DNA of 62,794 nt, the filler included, from Nemertoderma westbladi (Eukaryota > Animalia > Xenacoelomorpha), in the NCBI GenBank assembly GCA_032718475.1. It is 3 parts of 3 records of this genome, joined end to end, with 100 filler letters (N's around TTAATTAATTAA, not from the genome) between each part and the next. Parts side by side here need not be neighbours in the genome. Positions count along the whole stretch, not along the records: positions 29,185 to 51,583 come from JAUCBJ010006532.1; 2 more parts are not named here. One strand, given 5' to 3'. This document shows, in pieces, positions 36,511 to 50,900 of this stretch (position 1 is the stretch's first letter; each line of letters begins with the position of its first letter). The notes under the pieces are model-generated. The model searched no databases. It saw nothing but the letters and a program-made list of their open reading frames with translations, and was not told the origin of the DNA. The position numbers and the translations under genes were made by a program.

Positions 36511-37203
36511 GGTCCGGGTCACACATGAGCTTTCAACTGTCAACAATCAACTTTCAACTATCAACTTTCAAATAACTAAGTCCCGGTTCTCACATAAACA
36601 TTCAACTTTCATCTCATAAAAATTATTGTATATTACTTGGACCAGATATAAATGATTGAATAATTTTCAGTTGGCGGTTATAAAAATCTGTATTGTTTTC
36701 TAGATTATAAGTGTTTTTTATTTTATCTAAAGTAATAATTTTTAATATGGATAATTAAATCGATGACGTAATATTAGCCTTACACAGGCGGCGAAATAAA
36801 CGCCAATATTGTGTTCACCTGATCAATCAAAAAAGGTTGTTGTACTGCGTTATCGGAAAACTTTATCAAGATTTGCGGGCAGATGTTATAAATGAAATAA
36901 AATACATTTTTTAATTACATATCCGAGAATGTCCATTTCATCGTTTAATAAATTACTCTCATCTATAGAACCCCATATATATAGAGAGATAGCAAGTGGA
37001 GGAAGTCTATACCGTGCTATGGAAGACTACTAAGGCAAAGTATATAACATAAATGTTATATACTGCAGCTGCTATAATTTAAAAACATTACTTATTTCTG
37101 ATTGGTTGTCAATGCTTTCAACTTTCAATTAAGATAGAACATAGGACGAGTGCATTTTGAAAGTTGAATGTTAAAAGTTGAAAGCTCATGTGTGACCCGG
37201 GCC
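36511..37203. mobile_element. Harbinger-type MITE
   Basis: TIR GG(T/C)CCGGGTCACACATGAGCTTTCAACT; flanks TTA and TTG (imperfect 3-bp TSD). Confidence 0.8.
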
Positions 37204-38289
37204 TTGTAGATACTGTAAATATTAGCGACGCTTTCCATCTTCGAACCATTTTTTATTTATAAGAATTTTTAGAATAGTTCATGTGCGTGTTGTAAAGTCC
37301 GAATGGCGATATCTAATGGTCGGAGCCGTTTATAGACCATCAGATCACACAATGGGTCATCTGGACCCTGGACTCAATCAATTCATTCCTCACCAGCTTC
37401 CTGTTACATATTCTATTGACTTTCAAAAAGGAAGCCTGTTGTTCTATTGACTTTAGTTTTTTTGTTTTTGGTTAGAATAACGTAAACTATTCATTTTCCT
37501 TATTTGATAAATGCAACCTTGTGACGAGATATTAATTCGCTGAGATGGGATACGCTTCCATTCCCCCCTCCGTCTCGATTCCATAGTGTCTTTATTAAAT
37601 CCCGTGTATTTGCGTATTTCAATGGCAGATGTTTCTTTGGTACAATATTTACCTATAATATATCTACCGGCACCTTGTAATTAGTTATAAAGGAAATTAA
37701 TTTATTTTACTGCGGTGCGGAGATTTACTAGGATTTATTCATCCAAGGTTTCCAATTACTCAGTTATACATTACAGTACTGAGAAGTCATGATTCATTGG
37801 CGTCATATGTCATGTGATTATTTATTTACTATTGGCTGAAAAGTTTGCTTCATAAGACATTATCACTCGTTGTGTTAAATTAAGCCCATATTAATATACA
37901 TTACTAATACATTGATATACATATATTAGTATGTTTTAAGATTATTTGTTTCTAAAATAAATAATTTGATTCATTTTTGCGCCCATGTGATGAATACCAG
38001 GTCAAAATTATACTGGAATATTATATATAAAGAATTTGTATTTTTCCAAACTTCTCCTTATTAAGTTTTAATTATTATTCTTTATTAATTGTTACATTTG
38101 TGGTAATATAATATAATTTACGATAATTATTTTCGTAGCGGAGTTAGTATCTTGAGACACACTACAATCAATAGCATTTAATTATTGTTTGAATAAAAAC
38201 GTTTCGCAAATTTCGCAAAAATTTCACAAAATAAAGCTGATCAATAAAGCTATTAAATCCAGAATAGAGTCGGTCGGGAATCGGTCGAT

Positions 38290-41200
38290 ATGAATGACAT
38301 CCTTAGATCGCCTTCTCCTCAGATCGTCATTGTCCCCGGTTCTGTCCCGACTTCCCCTGCATTATCCCACGAGCCCTTATTGGCTACCAGTCCCACCAAT
38401 GGGGACGGTTCTGTGTCCGACGACCAGAGTGATTCGCCTCCCATTCCCCAGCAGCGGGAGCGGCGCGGAAGCTTCCTGAACCGTGCGAAACGTCGCAGCT
38501 CCGATGTTATCGATTCAATGTTATTACTCTCTCCTAGAAATCTACCACCGAGGTTCCATAGACAGCGAAAAAGGTGAGTCGGGTATCGAAGAAAAGTAAA
38601 AACTAAGGATTTGAAAGCAACGCAACGTAAATACGATATCGTTAAGGTGTAATGTGATACGCAAATACAATATGCTATATGGTTCCATAATCCCATGGCA
38701 ACGAACCAAATAATGGTAATTCATTTTCAGTCTGTTTTAAATCTACGCATATTTAAAGAAATCAACTAATTTCATCACCGACAAAATTACCGCACATATA
38801 TCGCAAAAATATCAGCAGTGACTCGAACCCGGTACCTAAAGCTCCGCAACTCCGCAGCCGGGTGTGTTGCGTTTAAATCAAAAGCGAAAGCGTTCGCCGG
38901 CACTCCTATCTCTAACAGCGGGAGCGGACTTACTCAAGTGTGATAAAGTGAATCAGAATAATAAAAGTATCCGGATGAGTATTGCTGCCTGACGACTTTT
39001 AGCTGTACAAAGCATTGAAACGAGCACAGTAACTGCTGATTTACGTCAGGCATACATAGATAGAGACAAAAACTTTTGACAAACTGCCAGGTTCGTTGTA
39101 ATTAATTTAATTGGGGGCTGAGATGCAACAATTATAATAAGTAATATAAACAGGATATTATTATGCTGAACTGGGAAAGATATAGAAGGATGAATTCTGG
39201 GTGTTCGAACATTTGGAGCAGCTTCTTTTTGGCACCAGGGTCTGGTTAAATGGGCGGGCGACACGGCGGGCGGGCGACAGGGCGGGCGGTTAAATGGGCG
39301 GGCGACACCTGGTTTGGCCGTTGAAATCTTGTAAGGATATGGAGAGAAGGGTGAAAAACTAGAGTAATTATTGTTTGTTTTCACGCAGTTGGCAGTTACA
39401 GTAGATTTTGTTTGTTCCAAACGTTACGTAAAGGCCTGTTTACACGTGGCAACTTTTCGAGCAACTTTCTCGGCAACTTGTAGAACTACCCAGGTTGCCG
39501 ATCAAGTTGCTCCGTGTAAACGCGTAAAAAAGTTACCGTAAAAGTTGCTCAACTTTTACGGCAACTTGAAGGAATTTGCGTTGGCGAATTAATGCGGGAT
39601 AATCAAATTAAATTATCAAAAACTAGCTAGTAGATAAAATGACCCACTAGTTTACAGTCAACCTAGCCAAGTTGCTCTAAAAGTTGCCGGCCAAGTTGCC
39701 GAGAAAGTTGCTCTAAAAGTTGCCACGTGTAAACAGGCCTTAAGGAATGGGAAAAGTGGGCGATGTGATGTAAATGGCACGAATGTATGCCTAATTAATA
39801 TATTGGTGGTGGATTGCCAATTGAATAAGTATTCTGTTTCCGTGTCACCACTATCATTTCCCAAGAAACCTTTACATCGGCATCTAAAATACATAAATAA
39901 TAAAAATCAATAATGTTTAATCAATTGCAACTCCATGATTACCAATTAGGTTTTCTTAGTTGCGCAGTTGTTCCTAATGGTAAGTTTTGTTAGAGTGAGG
40001 CAGTTATTAGCTGCCTAATCGAGTAATAACATGGCACTTTATAACAGTTTTATTACGGCAATAATGAGTTATTACTATAATGATATGTTACTGTTGTTTT
40101 ACACAATATAATAATTAATAAATCCTTCCGTTATTCTTTTTAGTTCGTTACCGCATCGTCTAAGACCAAAGACCGGAAGTTCCGATAATATTACAAGTAA
40201 GTCTGAAGATTGTTACCGATTGAGTTACGTTATTGTTACTTTATAAGTTCGGATATTGGTTTCAGTACAGTATGCCTGGAAATATTTTCAAATTATAATC
40301 ATATTACTGATTTTATTTCGTTATTTGCTAATAATATATTAGTTGTAACTTAAATGTTATCTTTTTAACTTGGAACTCCCAGAACAGGATAGCATCGAGG
40401 AGTGCATGTCCGAGTCGTTCTCCCCCCAAAACTTCCTGGGAATATTCCGCAGTTCTTCGAAGACTTCTCCGTCGGACGATGAATCCCCGGAGTTCCGTGA
40501 CTCCCGACCCGCTTCCTACGCGAGCGACGGACTATCCGTGGCCGAGTTCGACATGGTTGCAGTAAGACTCGACGACCTAGAGAACAGACAGCTGGCGTTA
40601 CGTGAATTAGCCGAAGAGCTCAAGGTAGGAAGCAATTACAGCGTCATCGAGATATAAATAACTACGTGAATATTATACTGGGTGTACCCGAACGAATGTA
40701 TTGAGTTAGTGAAAATGAAAGTAGGAATACTAACGTACTTTGTATTATTTCATTTTAAAATTGTTTATTCGTGTTTTTCGCTTTTCCTTGTTTGCATATT
40801 TTCCACTTTTTAATTAAATGATATTCTGGAAAAATTTGTACACACTATATCTAACACAAATATTACAGATTAATTTCTGGATTATAATTAAACTAAAAGG
40901 ACTCAAAGAAAGGACAAGCGAAAACATTCATTTGCAATAGAGGCATACGTTGTACGCAGACTCTACTGCTGTCCGAAATATTTTTTGGTTTTGTAGCATT
41001 TACGATTACACCAACAGCTGCCTGTTTAAGTTTAGTATTACGTGGCAATTGATGCGACACAAATTATATACCAAATTTATTTAAGAATTCCGATATTTTA
41101 TTACAATTTTGTAGGAGGAAATAGAAAGTACTCATGGCGCCCTTAGCGACAGTTTCCAAGAGAACAACGAGCGACTGGGACGAATAGAGGACAACCTTAA

Positions 41201-43164
41201 TGATTTGACGGATATCCACCAGAGTGAGATGGTCAATCTAAAGACGGAAATATCGTCTTTAGAAGAAAGGCTTGAGTACCGATTGGAAGAGAGGACCAAA
41301 GACATCGAGGAGGCAGTGGCCAAGTATAATACTAAGGTAGGCGAAAACCGCTTCTTGTCTGTCTCGCATGTTTTTATCAATAACTAATTAATAATATTAT
41401 CCTGGAGAATGTAAATGGTAACATTTGAAAGAAAATACAGGTGTTGCCTTTGTAAACTGTACATAAATATTTAGAGGAAACAAAATTAAATTGTTGGGTA
41501 TTATGAAAATGGGAAATATATGTTACTGAATTTCAGGTTCTTGAAATTGAAAGTAAACAGCACCAAAACCACACGGTAAACGTAGAATCCATGGCAACTG
41601 TAAGCGCGCGGGATTTCATGACAAAACTCATCAATCTGGTGTTCTCCGTGTTAACCATACTATTTGTGGTATTATCGACATCCGTCCGTCTGTTGGCACC
41701 ATTTCTAAAGACAAGGTAAGCGGTTAAGCCTTGAGTGTTAGTGAGTACTCCCAAACCAATAAACGACATAATTAAAATGGGAATAACTGTGGATGAATCA
41801 TTGGCTACAGAGTTAGTAATGGTATATGATGGTTATAAAACCATTAAGAAAGGTGTGAACGTATATTGAGGCCCAAATCGAGTGTTACATATTGCGTATT
41901 GGCTAATTGGCAGACCGAACAATGATGCAATAAAGTACTGTAGGAGTATAATACAGTAAGAACTATACATCTGGTTATTTGTTGAAGTAAAAGAGGACTA
42001 TTGTTACATAGAGGGGAATACCAGGGATTACTCACGGCTGAGAGAGGGTAGCTAACATTTTGTGTATAACAGGTGAAGGTGTTGTTTGGATTATTATTAG
42101 AGATTAGTCAGATGTTAGTAGTGATTATTGTCAATATTGCGGTGTATATAATAATAATATTATTGTGTTTCTGATTAAGAACTTCGTTCCTTTAATTCCA
42201 TTAAATGCCACCTCACCTCACCTCGCCTATTTATTATTGGTACCTTATCATTATTGTGTTATTGGTATTACGCTACTTCGCACCGTACGTGCAATAGCTA
42301 TTATTGGTGTGAGATATTAGCTATTATCTAGTAAATGTCATTTCATTATACTACAAGTCAAACTGTACCCTCTTATTTGTTACACTGATTCCGGGGTCTA
42401 ACATAATACATATCCTCGACAGACCACTGGTTGACCGACAGCAGGTTCCCTGAGCGACACCGGATGTCACTTGGGATGGGAGGTAGAAATTCTACTAGAG
42501 AGAACCTAAGGGATCGTAAAAGGGGCTTTCGATTATCTCAGACACCCGACGAACGATATCCCTCTAGTAGTGACCTTTACTGGAGGAGTTCCCTTACATT
42601 GAGATAATGTGCGGTACTGCGGTATAATAGTCGATATGCAGACGCCGCGCGCTGGTTAGCCTCAGACTGTGTGGTACAGCGTTTCAACTACAAGCTATAT
42701 GTCTCGAGTTCGAATTCAACTGGCAACCAAATTGTTGTGCTGCAATAATGTATTATCGCATTTTTCCACGACGTATGCATATATAAAGGCCAGGGATTAC
42801 GCACAAAAGCGCTCTCGAATTTCCAATGCGATAACCCCAGATCTTTACTCCCCAGAGGAAAATCCGGTGCTCATTTAGCTACTATTTAAGAATGCATGGC
42901 AGAGATGCGTCCAGGCTGGTCCCTTTCAAGCATTCGTGCCGCAATGAAAACTACCCTAGCTCACCCAGCTAATCAATATAACTACCTGCATATGTGTAGA
43001 GCCCTAATAATAATTGATTCCGAATATTTTATTATTCACACAGGATAAGAATTATCTTCACCTCGTTTGGGATTATTGCCATGGCGTTGCTATGGCGACA
43101 TAGTGATTATTTATGGACATTACAACAAGATCGAGACGGAGTTAAGTTATTTATTATTGGCTAA
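38290..43164 (+). CDS. tmcc: Transmembrane and coiled-coil domain (TMCC/TEX28 family) protein, 6 exons, about 366 aa
   Basis: GT-AG exons 38290-38573, 40144-40196, 40383-40624, 41115-41336, 41537-41715 and 43044-43164 join in frame (1101 nt). Motifs GSSDNI, RIEDNLNDLTDIHQSEMVNLKTE and KLINLV...PFLKTR, with two C-terminal TM segments. Confidence 0.88.
39432..39740. mobile_element. Harbinger-type MITE in TMCC intron 1
   Basis: TAA|AGGCCTGTTTACACGTGGCAACTTTT...AAAAGTTGCCACGTGTAAACAGGCCT|TAA. Confidence 0.92.
42648..43013 (+). mobile_element. Possible tRNA-derived SINE remnant in the last TMCC intron
   Basis: A-box-like TAGCCTCAG..TGG, B-box-like GAGTTCGAATT at 42706, and a short (TAA)n tail. 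Confidence 0.35.
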
Positions 43165-44959
43165 TAGATGATGGGATACCGTAACAGTTGTAATTGAGGT
43201 CTACATTCCATAAATTACTTATTTACGTTGTTCACAAACGGAAAATAATAAATCTTTGGAATTAAACATGCAGTAACAAATTATATCATTGTTCGAATGA
43301 AGAGGAGTTCGTTGTTTATAAAGAAATAACTGTTAGATCCACTAAATACATTTATCGCTGCAGTGTTATTCATTCAATATATAATATTGTAGACTAGAGT
43401 TCTGATTGGACAATCGTATTCATTCACTATGCAGTTTAAAGCTATTTATCTTACTAGAGTTTAGGTCAATGGTACAATGGTTATTGGTACAGTACTGACA
43501 GGTGTTAATTTTACATTGTTTGTCTGATGGTATTTTTTTTATTAATTCGTCTATTTTCTTTGTGTTTATTTAAGTTGGACCTTTTACTATACTTTGAATT
43601 GGTTGTATTAAAATGTTTTCAGTTTTATTGTCACTTTAGTGATTGACAATCTATAAATGGCGTCACGTTTTTATTTATTTTATCGTGTATATTTATTGTG
43701 TATTTGTTTAAATAGAATAAATGGCCTGCAGCGGATGCAAATATGCAACTTTCGAACTCGCATATCTCAGCTATTTCACAACGAAATTCAGAGAGTTTGT
43801 TACATATTTGGAATCCTTACAACGTCATCTTTTAATCGGTATCACCGAATAACTTACGGAATAATCGAATAAGTTAATAAATAAAATATAATAATAAAAA
43901 ATAAAAGTTAATATTAATTAATGAATAAACGAATGGTGCCGAAAGGGCGTGTACCTGAATAAAGACGCTAGGCACACATAAATAGACAAACACACTAAAG
44001 ACACACATCCAGGACATGTGTAGATTAATTGTACATTAATTCAGGAATTGTGCATAGATCAATCAGTACAGGCGCAGCAATGCCTGTACTGATTTACCGC
44101 AATGGATAAATCATTTTCAACCATTTTTATATTTCACTTAATATTTTACTCGCTATTCGATTCTTTCGGACCGCGTGATACTCACACTTTACTGTGCTGT
44201 GCGATGAACATCGAGGGACCAGTTACATCGGCAGCTTCTCGTTACGTAATGCCGTTCGAGATTGTTTCCATAGTGACACTCCGGTGACACACCCACACCA
44301 TACAGTAGAATATTGTCTACATACTGCAGAACGCGAGTAGGCCTATATTAAATGGATTCATTCTTTTCCTAACTTTTTGTTTATCTGAAAAGTTCCAATT
44401 TAGAAAGAAAATATTAGGCCTACCGACTGCAGTAGAGACTGCCTCTACTGTAGATGTTAAAACAATTTGGTAAGTGCCTCACCAGATATCCCTGACATTT
44501 GATCCATTTGTGAGAAAACATTATCGATGTTGAATGCAACAGATAGTATAATATAATTATATAATTATACATATTGCTATGCTAAATGTAATACCTGACT
44601 AAAATTGAGTCATATAATAATGATACATAGCATTAATTGACATATTAATCGGAGACAGAGTTTCTCAGTGATTATCGTAATTGTAATTATATTTTGTAAT
44701 TTAAGAATTTTGCGTTATTTTTTTTTATATAATCATTTGTATCAAACATTAATGTACCTTATATAGGTTTACAAATATATATTGGTAATATACAGTATTA
44801 TTGGATATTGGAAGCACCTATAAAACCAATATTTTGTATTTGTATGGATAGTGAGAATTTCCTGAATAACATACTGCATCTCAAAAGAAATAATATTTCC
44901 ATTGATAATCACAAACAAGTTTATCCGTTGAAGTGAAGTCTGTAGTACTTTAACCAGCA

Positions 44960-45430
44960 ATAAGTGCAGCTCGAGCATTGTCTAGCAATGAGGCTGCCGA
45001 GCTAGCCCCAGACCCACGTTTACCAGCAGCAAGTGCTGCTCTAGCATCGTCTAGCAAGGAGGCTGCTGAGCCAGCCCCAGACCCACATTTACCAGCAGCA
45101 AGTGCTGCTCTAGCATCGTCTAGCAAGGAGGCTGCTGATCCAGCACCAGACCCACGTTTACCTTCAGCAAGTGCAGCTCTAGCATCGTCTAGCAAGTAGG
45201 CTGCTGATCCAGCACCAGACCCACGTTTACCTTCAGCAAGTGCAGATCTAGCTTTGGCTAGCAAGGAGGCTGCTGATCCAGCACCAGACCCACGTTTACC
45301 TTCAGCAAGTGCAGCTCTAGCATCGTCTAACAAGTAGGCTGCTGATCCAGCACCAGACCCACGTTTACCTTCAGCAAGTGCAGATCTAGCATCGTCTAGC
45401 AAGGAGGCTGCTGATCCAGCTCCTGATCCT
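44960..45430 (-). repeat. 69-bp minisatellite (7 units), open on the minus strand
   Basis: Translates as repeated RGSGAGSAASLLDDARAALAEGK. Confidence 0.92.
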
Positions 45431-46901
45431 CTTCTATATAAGTCCAATGTCTGCAATATTAACAAATGCAACTTGTATGTCTTACCTTTTCGTAAAGTAA
45501 ATAACTTACGAGTGGTTTAACGTCGTGTATGGTATGTATAAACGTTATTTTTTAGGGTGCGCGATAATTCGTAAATGATTGTTTATTTTAGGTATAGAGC
45601 TAGTACAGGAATATAACGGTATGGTAGGTATGGCATTATACTCAATGGAGGAATCAACTCAAAGAATTTATTTCGGGATGCTAATGTTCATCATCGGCTC
45701 ACTGCCATTGCGTAAGAACTCTAAGAAACTCATAGGAAAGAAAACTCACTATGGTTACCGGTTTCACCATTACCAACTGTCAATAGCTAACCCCTAAATC
45801 TTTCCACAGAATCAGGATCCGACATACCATAATTGGTACCCAGAGATGATGTGGTGCCGTTGCTATCTTATGTTATTGATTATTTGCTATTAATTATGAT
45901 ATGTGACTATTATTGGGAAGAAGTGGCTGAATTGTAGCCGGATATGGATATTATCCCACTTGACGTTCCTTATTGTGAAAAATTTCAAATGTAAAGAGGC
46001 AAATAAGATCGTCCTAGACCTGCCAGTTGCTGTGGACGCATTTTGGGATCAGTTATCGGTCCCAAGTCCTTTTGTACCGGCTACATTGAGCCGCGAGGAG
46101 ATTAACTCTGTTGACAGCTTTAAGAATCTGTGATTTTGCAGTTACTGCCCCTCACCCATGCTTCACTGGTTCATGGTCTCAGCTAAGTGTTGCCGCTTTG
46201 CCTGAGCAGAACTTAACCCTGGTTCATTAACAATTTGACAGAGTAGTTAATGAGTCACTGTGCAATCTGATTGTGTCACTCTGATTCTGTTGTTATCTGT
46301 TAGACGTCCCTAAAGTCCAACAGGACAACTCTTGTTCACACTGTCGTTTAGAGAGGATGGGATGGATATAAATAGACCTCAGGATCAATTTGAGAGGTAG
46401 AGTAGATCCAGGTGAATTTGTGAGCCATTACATTCAGCTGGGCCTGACACCAAAATATCCCACCAAGCGGTTGTAATGTGTTAAAGAGTAAATAAATAAC
46501 ACTGAGGCTGTGAGATCAAATGCGCCACTATGGTATAGACTTGCAACTATCTGAAAATAATGAAATCAGAATGAGCGGGTGCTTCAGGTTGATTCTGCTC
46601 TCCCAATTTTCAGACAACACTTCACACGATACATCAGCTTTCCTGAATGGGTGTTTGGTGGGAATCACCGAGGTTGCCAGATGCCAGATAATTGTTCCGT
46701 CAGTGGCTCGTGAAAGCCAAGGACAAATGGAATGGGAGGGTATACATATACAATCCTGCGTCACATTGAAGTGATAGATATTGCTGAACTGCTCAACCAA
46801 GTTGCAAATGATTTTCAGATAGAAGACTTCATTTATATACATTTACTTCATTTTGATTGGGATAATCTTTTAGGCCCATTACCAAGGAATGCCTGTTCAC
46901 G

Positions 46902-47275
46902 CACCACCATGGGTGATCTTCCACAGTTAACTCCGTTTCTCAATGGAATGTCTGTTCATCACCATGGGTGATCTTCCACTGTAAACCCTTCCTTCTGTTT
47001 CCTAAAGGAATGCCTTTTCAACACCATGGGTGATCTTCCACTGTAAACCCTTCTCTCTGTTTCCTAAAGGAATGCCTTTTCAACACGGAGTCCGAGTCCC
47101 AGCAATCCATAGCGTCTGTGCAGCATTGGAATCTGACTCCCAGCCACCCATAGCCTCCGCGCAGCACTGGAGTATGAGTCCCAGCCATCCAGAGCATCCA
47201 TGCAGCACTGGAGTCCGAGTCTCAGCTACCCAGAGCCTCCGTGTGGTAATGGGGTCTGAGTCCCAGCCACCCATT
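46902..47275. repeat. Two short diverged tandem arrays
   Basis: CACCATGGGTGATCTTCCAC x3 and GGAGTCCGAGTCCCAGC-like x5. Confidence 0.75.
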
Positions 47276-47294
47276 CTTTGAGCTTATGCTAATA

Positions 47295-47945
47295 TGATCA
47301 GACATTTCATGAGCACTTTCAAAGTTAACTGTCAAAATGTGGGTCTTCTTGGAGTTAACAAAAAGATCAATACAAGCCTGTTATAATGCGCTGAGGAGCC
47401 GTTGGGCTCCCTCTAGTGATTCTGAGAGTACTCCGAAGTCAACAGCAAAGTTTAGATCAGTTAGGTACTTGGCAGGATTTCACTACTTTTCGAGCCAGTA
47501 GGTGGATTTACCATCACTCCAACATCATTATGATGATCTAAGGACATGGGTAGAATATAGTCAACCACAATAATGAATAAGAAAGGTGCAAGTGTGTCTC
47601 CTTGGAGGACTCCCCATACAACTTGGAATAGATCTGTGTTACCATGGATCGTTGAACCATCGTATACTGATCTGATCTGATTGCTGCAATAATTTCACCA
47701 GGAATCCCAAATAATGTAAGTATGCTGAACATACCTGAGCGAGAGACTGAATCAAAGGCTGATCAAAGGGATAACTTTGAAGATTGACAAAGGTGAAAGC
47801 AAAATGTCTGTCTTTCTTTTTTGTTAACTCTTCAATTATCCTAAGTGCCAAAATGGGCTCCATGGTCCCACGACCTTTACGGAACCCATTCTGATTTCCA
47901 CGGAGCAGTCCCTCAATGGGATCCCTGATGCGATTTAATAGTAAT
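47295..47945 (-). mobile_element. Degraded internal fragment of the RTE family
   Basis: LLNRIRDPIEGLLRGNQNGFRKGRGTMEPI matches about 7130-7800. Confidence 0.88.
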
Positions 47946-50900
47946 AGAAAGTAGATTTCAATCACAATATTATTATTACCTCAATAAAATAATATATAGT
48001 AAAAGTAAAAGAATATATACTATTATAGTATTTATCACATTAAACCGCAGGTATCCGTTAACTAACACTTACCTCTCCTCCACTCAATGACGTAAGAGCT
48101 ACAAGTAAAGGTATTAGAACCAAGTACTTCATTGTTCTAATGAGCTCCAGTTCACAGATTTCCACTTCTTCCTTCAATGTAATGGCTAGTAAAACACACT
48201 AAATCTGACAAACTACTTACTGTATATCACCGTAATAAAATTGTAATTTTATAAAAAATCAGTCAAATAAATTTGTCGTTATATACCCAAAAAAACGAAG
48301 ACATTCGTAATTACTATTCATTTCAAGTGTAAATTTTTGATAATTGGAAATCTCACAAAAAGTTGTGTCATTCAGTATAAAGGTAATCTTTTTATGCACA
48401 ACGGACTACTTGTACATGCATACAATGTAATGGGAAGCCACAATGTAAATACATTTAGTTTAACTCAATGTTAATAATATACAAGGAAAGTAATTAAGTT
48501 TCTGAAAACTTTCGCAAATTTCACTGCAACCCAATTATATAAGATATTAGAAGAAGCCCATTCGGAATTAGAGTTAGTAGGGAATACAGATTAGCGAAGT
48601 AGGGAAGGAGATCATTATATCACAGAATGCCGCCAAATTATCGCAATAATAGCAAAGGAGTCATTGCAGATGAATAAAGGAAATACAAACTGTGTGCCTA
48701 CTGTGCAGCAGCAATACAATAATAAACATGATTCAGAGTGTAGGCCTTCAAAATTTGATACACTATCTAAAATATTACACCCCCTCACTTAATCAACAAC
48801 CATTTTCAGCAGGTCAAAAGTAATAGAAAAAACTTCCGGAGATTTTATCAAATTTCCAAGGTATATATTTTGACACCTAATCGATATAATTCTAATGAAG
48901 AAACGCGATGGAGAGTTTTAAACACTCAGTTAAATAATAATTAATATTCTAGAATAAAGACAAAAAACATTAGAATTATATGTCTCAAAATATGCACCTT
49001 AGAATTCTGATATATTTGGCAATTATATGAAATTGAAAAGATTTTTCAGATTCGGAATGTGCAGATGAAGACGGTTATAATGAAAGTTCAATGTATTTTT
49101 GTAGCTAAATATTATGAAAATTTAAAAATCTGGCCAGGCCATCAGCAGTAAGAAAAGGTGTTGAACTATCCTCATTCCACATTTGCAACATTTGATTGCA
49201 ATTTGAAAACAATTAGAGGAGAGGGGGGGGGGGGGTGGGGGGGGGGGGGGCTCCGACCATCTAAAAGTGGTTCTTGTAAGATTAGACTATTTAGAGCAGC
49301 AGTAGAAAAGTACTCACTACGGGAGTCCATGCTGAGGATACCAAATCGGTCTCTAACCAGATACTATACACCATTGAATGTCACAATAGTTCTCCAAGTT
49401 TGATACTTGAGCAGAGCCGCCCCCGCATCGCAGGACATTGCCTTCGCCTGTGCTTTGGCAGCCTACTTTGGGCATTTCGTACCAAAGTCACTTTTAGGCA
49501 TTTCGTACATTGACGACACTTTACCTTGACCTAAGTTTATTAGCGCAGTAAGAGTTTAGAGGAAAATGTTTTAAGAAAGCTGCATTTATAGTCACTACGT
49601 TAGTCGGTTTGAGACTAATGAATGAGACTAGGTTGTAACAAAGAAAGTACCGGTAGTTCAATAATAAGTTATGAATTAGCTGCTCATTGTCCCAACCATG
49701 CTTCCTTGGGTACTTATGATGAGCCGATGGTGGTACAGTAGGTAAGCAGATTATATAAACTACGAAGCATTGCGCCGCTGCGAGCCCTTGTGTGGAGTAT
49801 TTTGACACTAACGTAACAGGGGCTCATACAATTATATCAGTTTACCTACCACTACCACAAACACAATACAATATAATATTACATGGTACTACAGTACAGT
49901 AGGCCTAGGTATGCACTATGATAAGTGATCAAGTCACTATACGGGTTCATTACACGCGCTCGCTGGGAATAGATGTGCTATCTAAGTTATCAAACGAAAA
50001 TGTATTCATCAGCATTGACGTAGGACTTTCCACTGGAAGGGTCGGGGCAAAACAATATGTATTTAGATGTATATAAACTCTTGAAAAATTAAGTAATATA
50101 GTTTTTTTCTTGTTTTATATTACCTGCTATGGTAAACGAACTTTTAATAAATATTCACACATTAATATTGTAATAATAATCCAGCAGGTGTTGTTCTAAC
50201 TAAAGCCATAAACTAAAGTCATTAGAACAGGTTACAGTTATATATATTTGAGAGTAGGCCTACTCAGATGTTGTTTGCGTAGATTTTATCCTGGCGAGGG
50301 ATGAATTTTGATTGCGTCGAAAGCCCCCCCCCCCCCCCCCCCCCTATCTCCATGAAGATATTTCCTGCCGGTCACAGCGCTGTAATTGAGTAATCAACCA
50401 ACGACAGTTTTAAAAGATTAAATTACGGCGATAACTTATATACGGAGCTACATGATACAGTACTATATGTCTTCACAGAATTAGAGCAAACGCCAGCAAA
50501 GCGAGTGGTTAAAAATCGCAACATTGGATTGGAATCGGAATGCCTCTAAACTCTAGTATGATATCTACTTTGGGACCTCACAAGGGGTCTTTACTAATTG
50601 TATGTATGCATTCCAAGACACAATGATGCCACATTTTGCTCCATCTGGATACGTCAATTATCACTTCTGACCGTTTTGAGGTTTTAATTTGAACATTATT
50701 AATTATTAATTTGAACAATTATATTAACTTTCTCTGCTAAATACTCATTACTGCAGTATTATAAATGGAAAAATGAACTGTCATTGATAAAAAATAGTTG
50801 CGGTCGTGATGATTGTTAAGACTAATACAATACAGGAAATACAGGAAATAATACAGACGACTTTGGATATACCCAGACAGCCGCCTTATACTTATAGTGA

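Noticed and set aside
42648-42730. tRNA gene
   Set aside because: A/B-box-like motifs are present but no convincing cloverleaf; kept only as a possible SINE.
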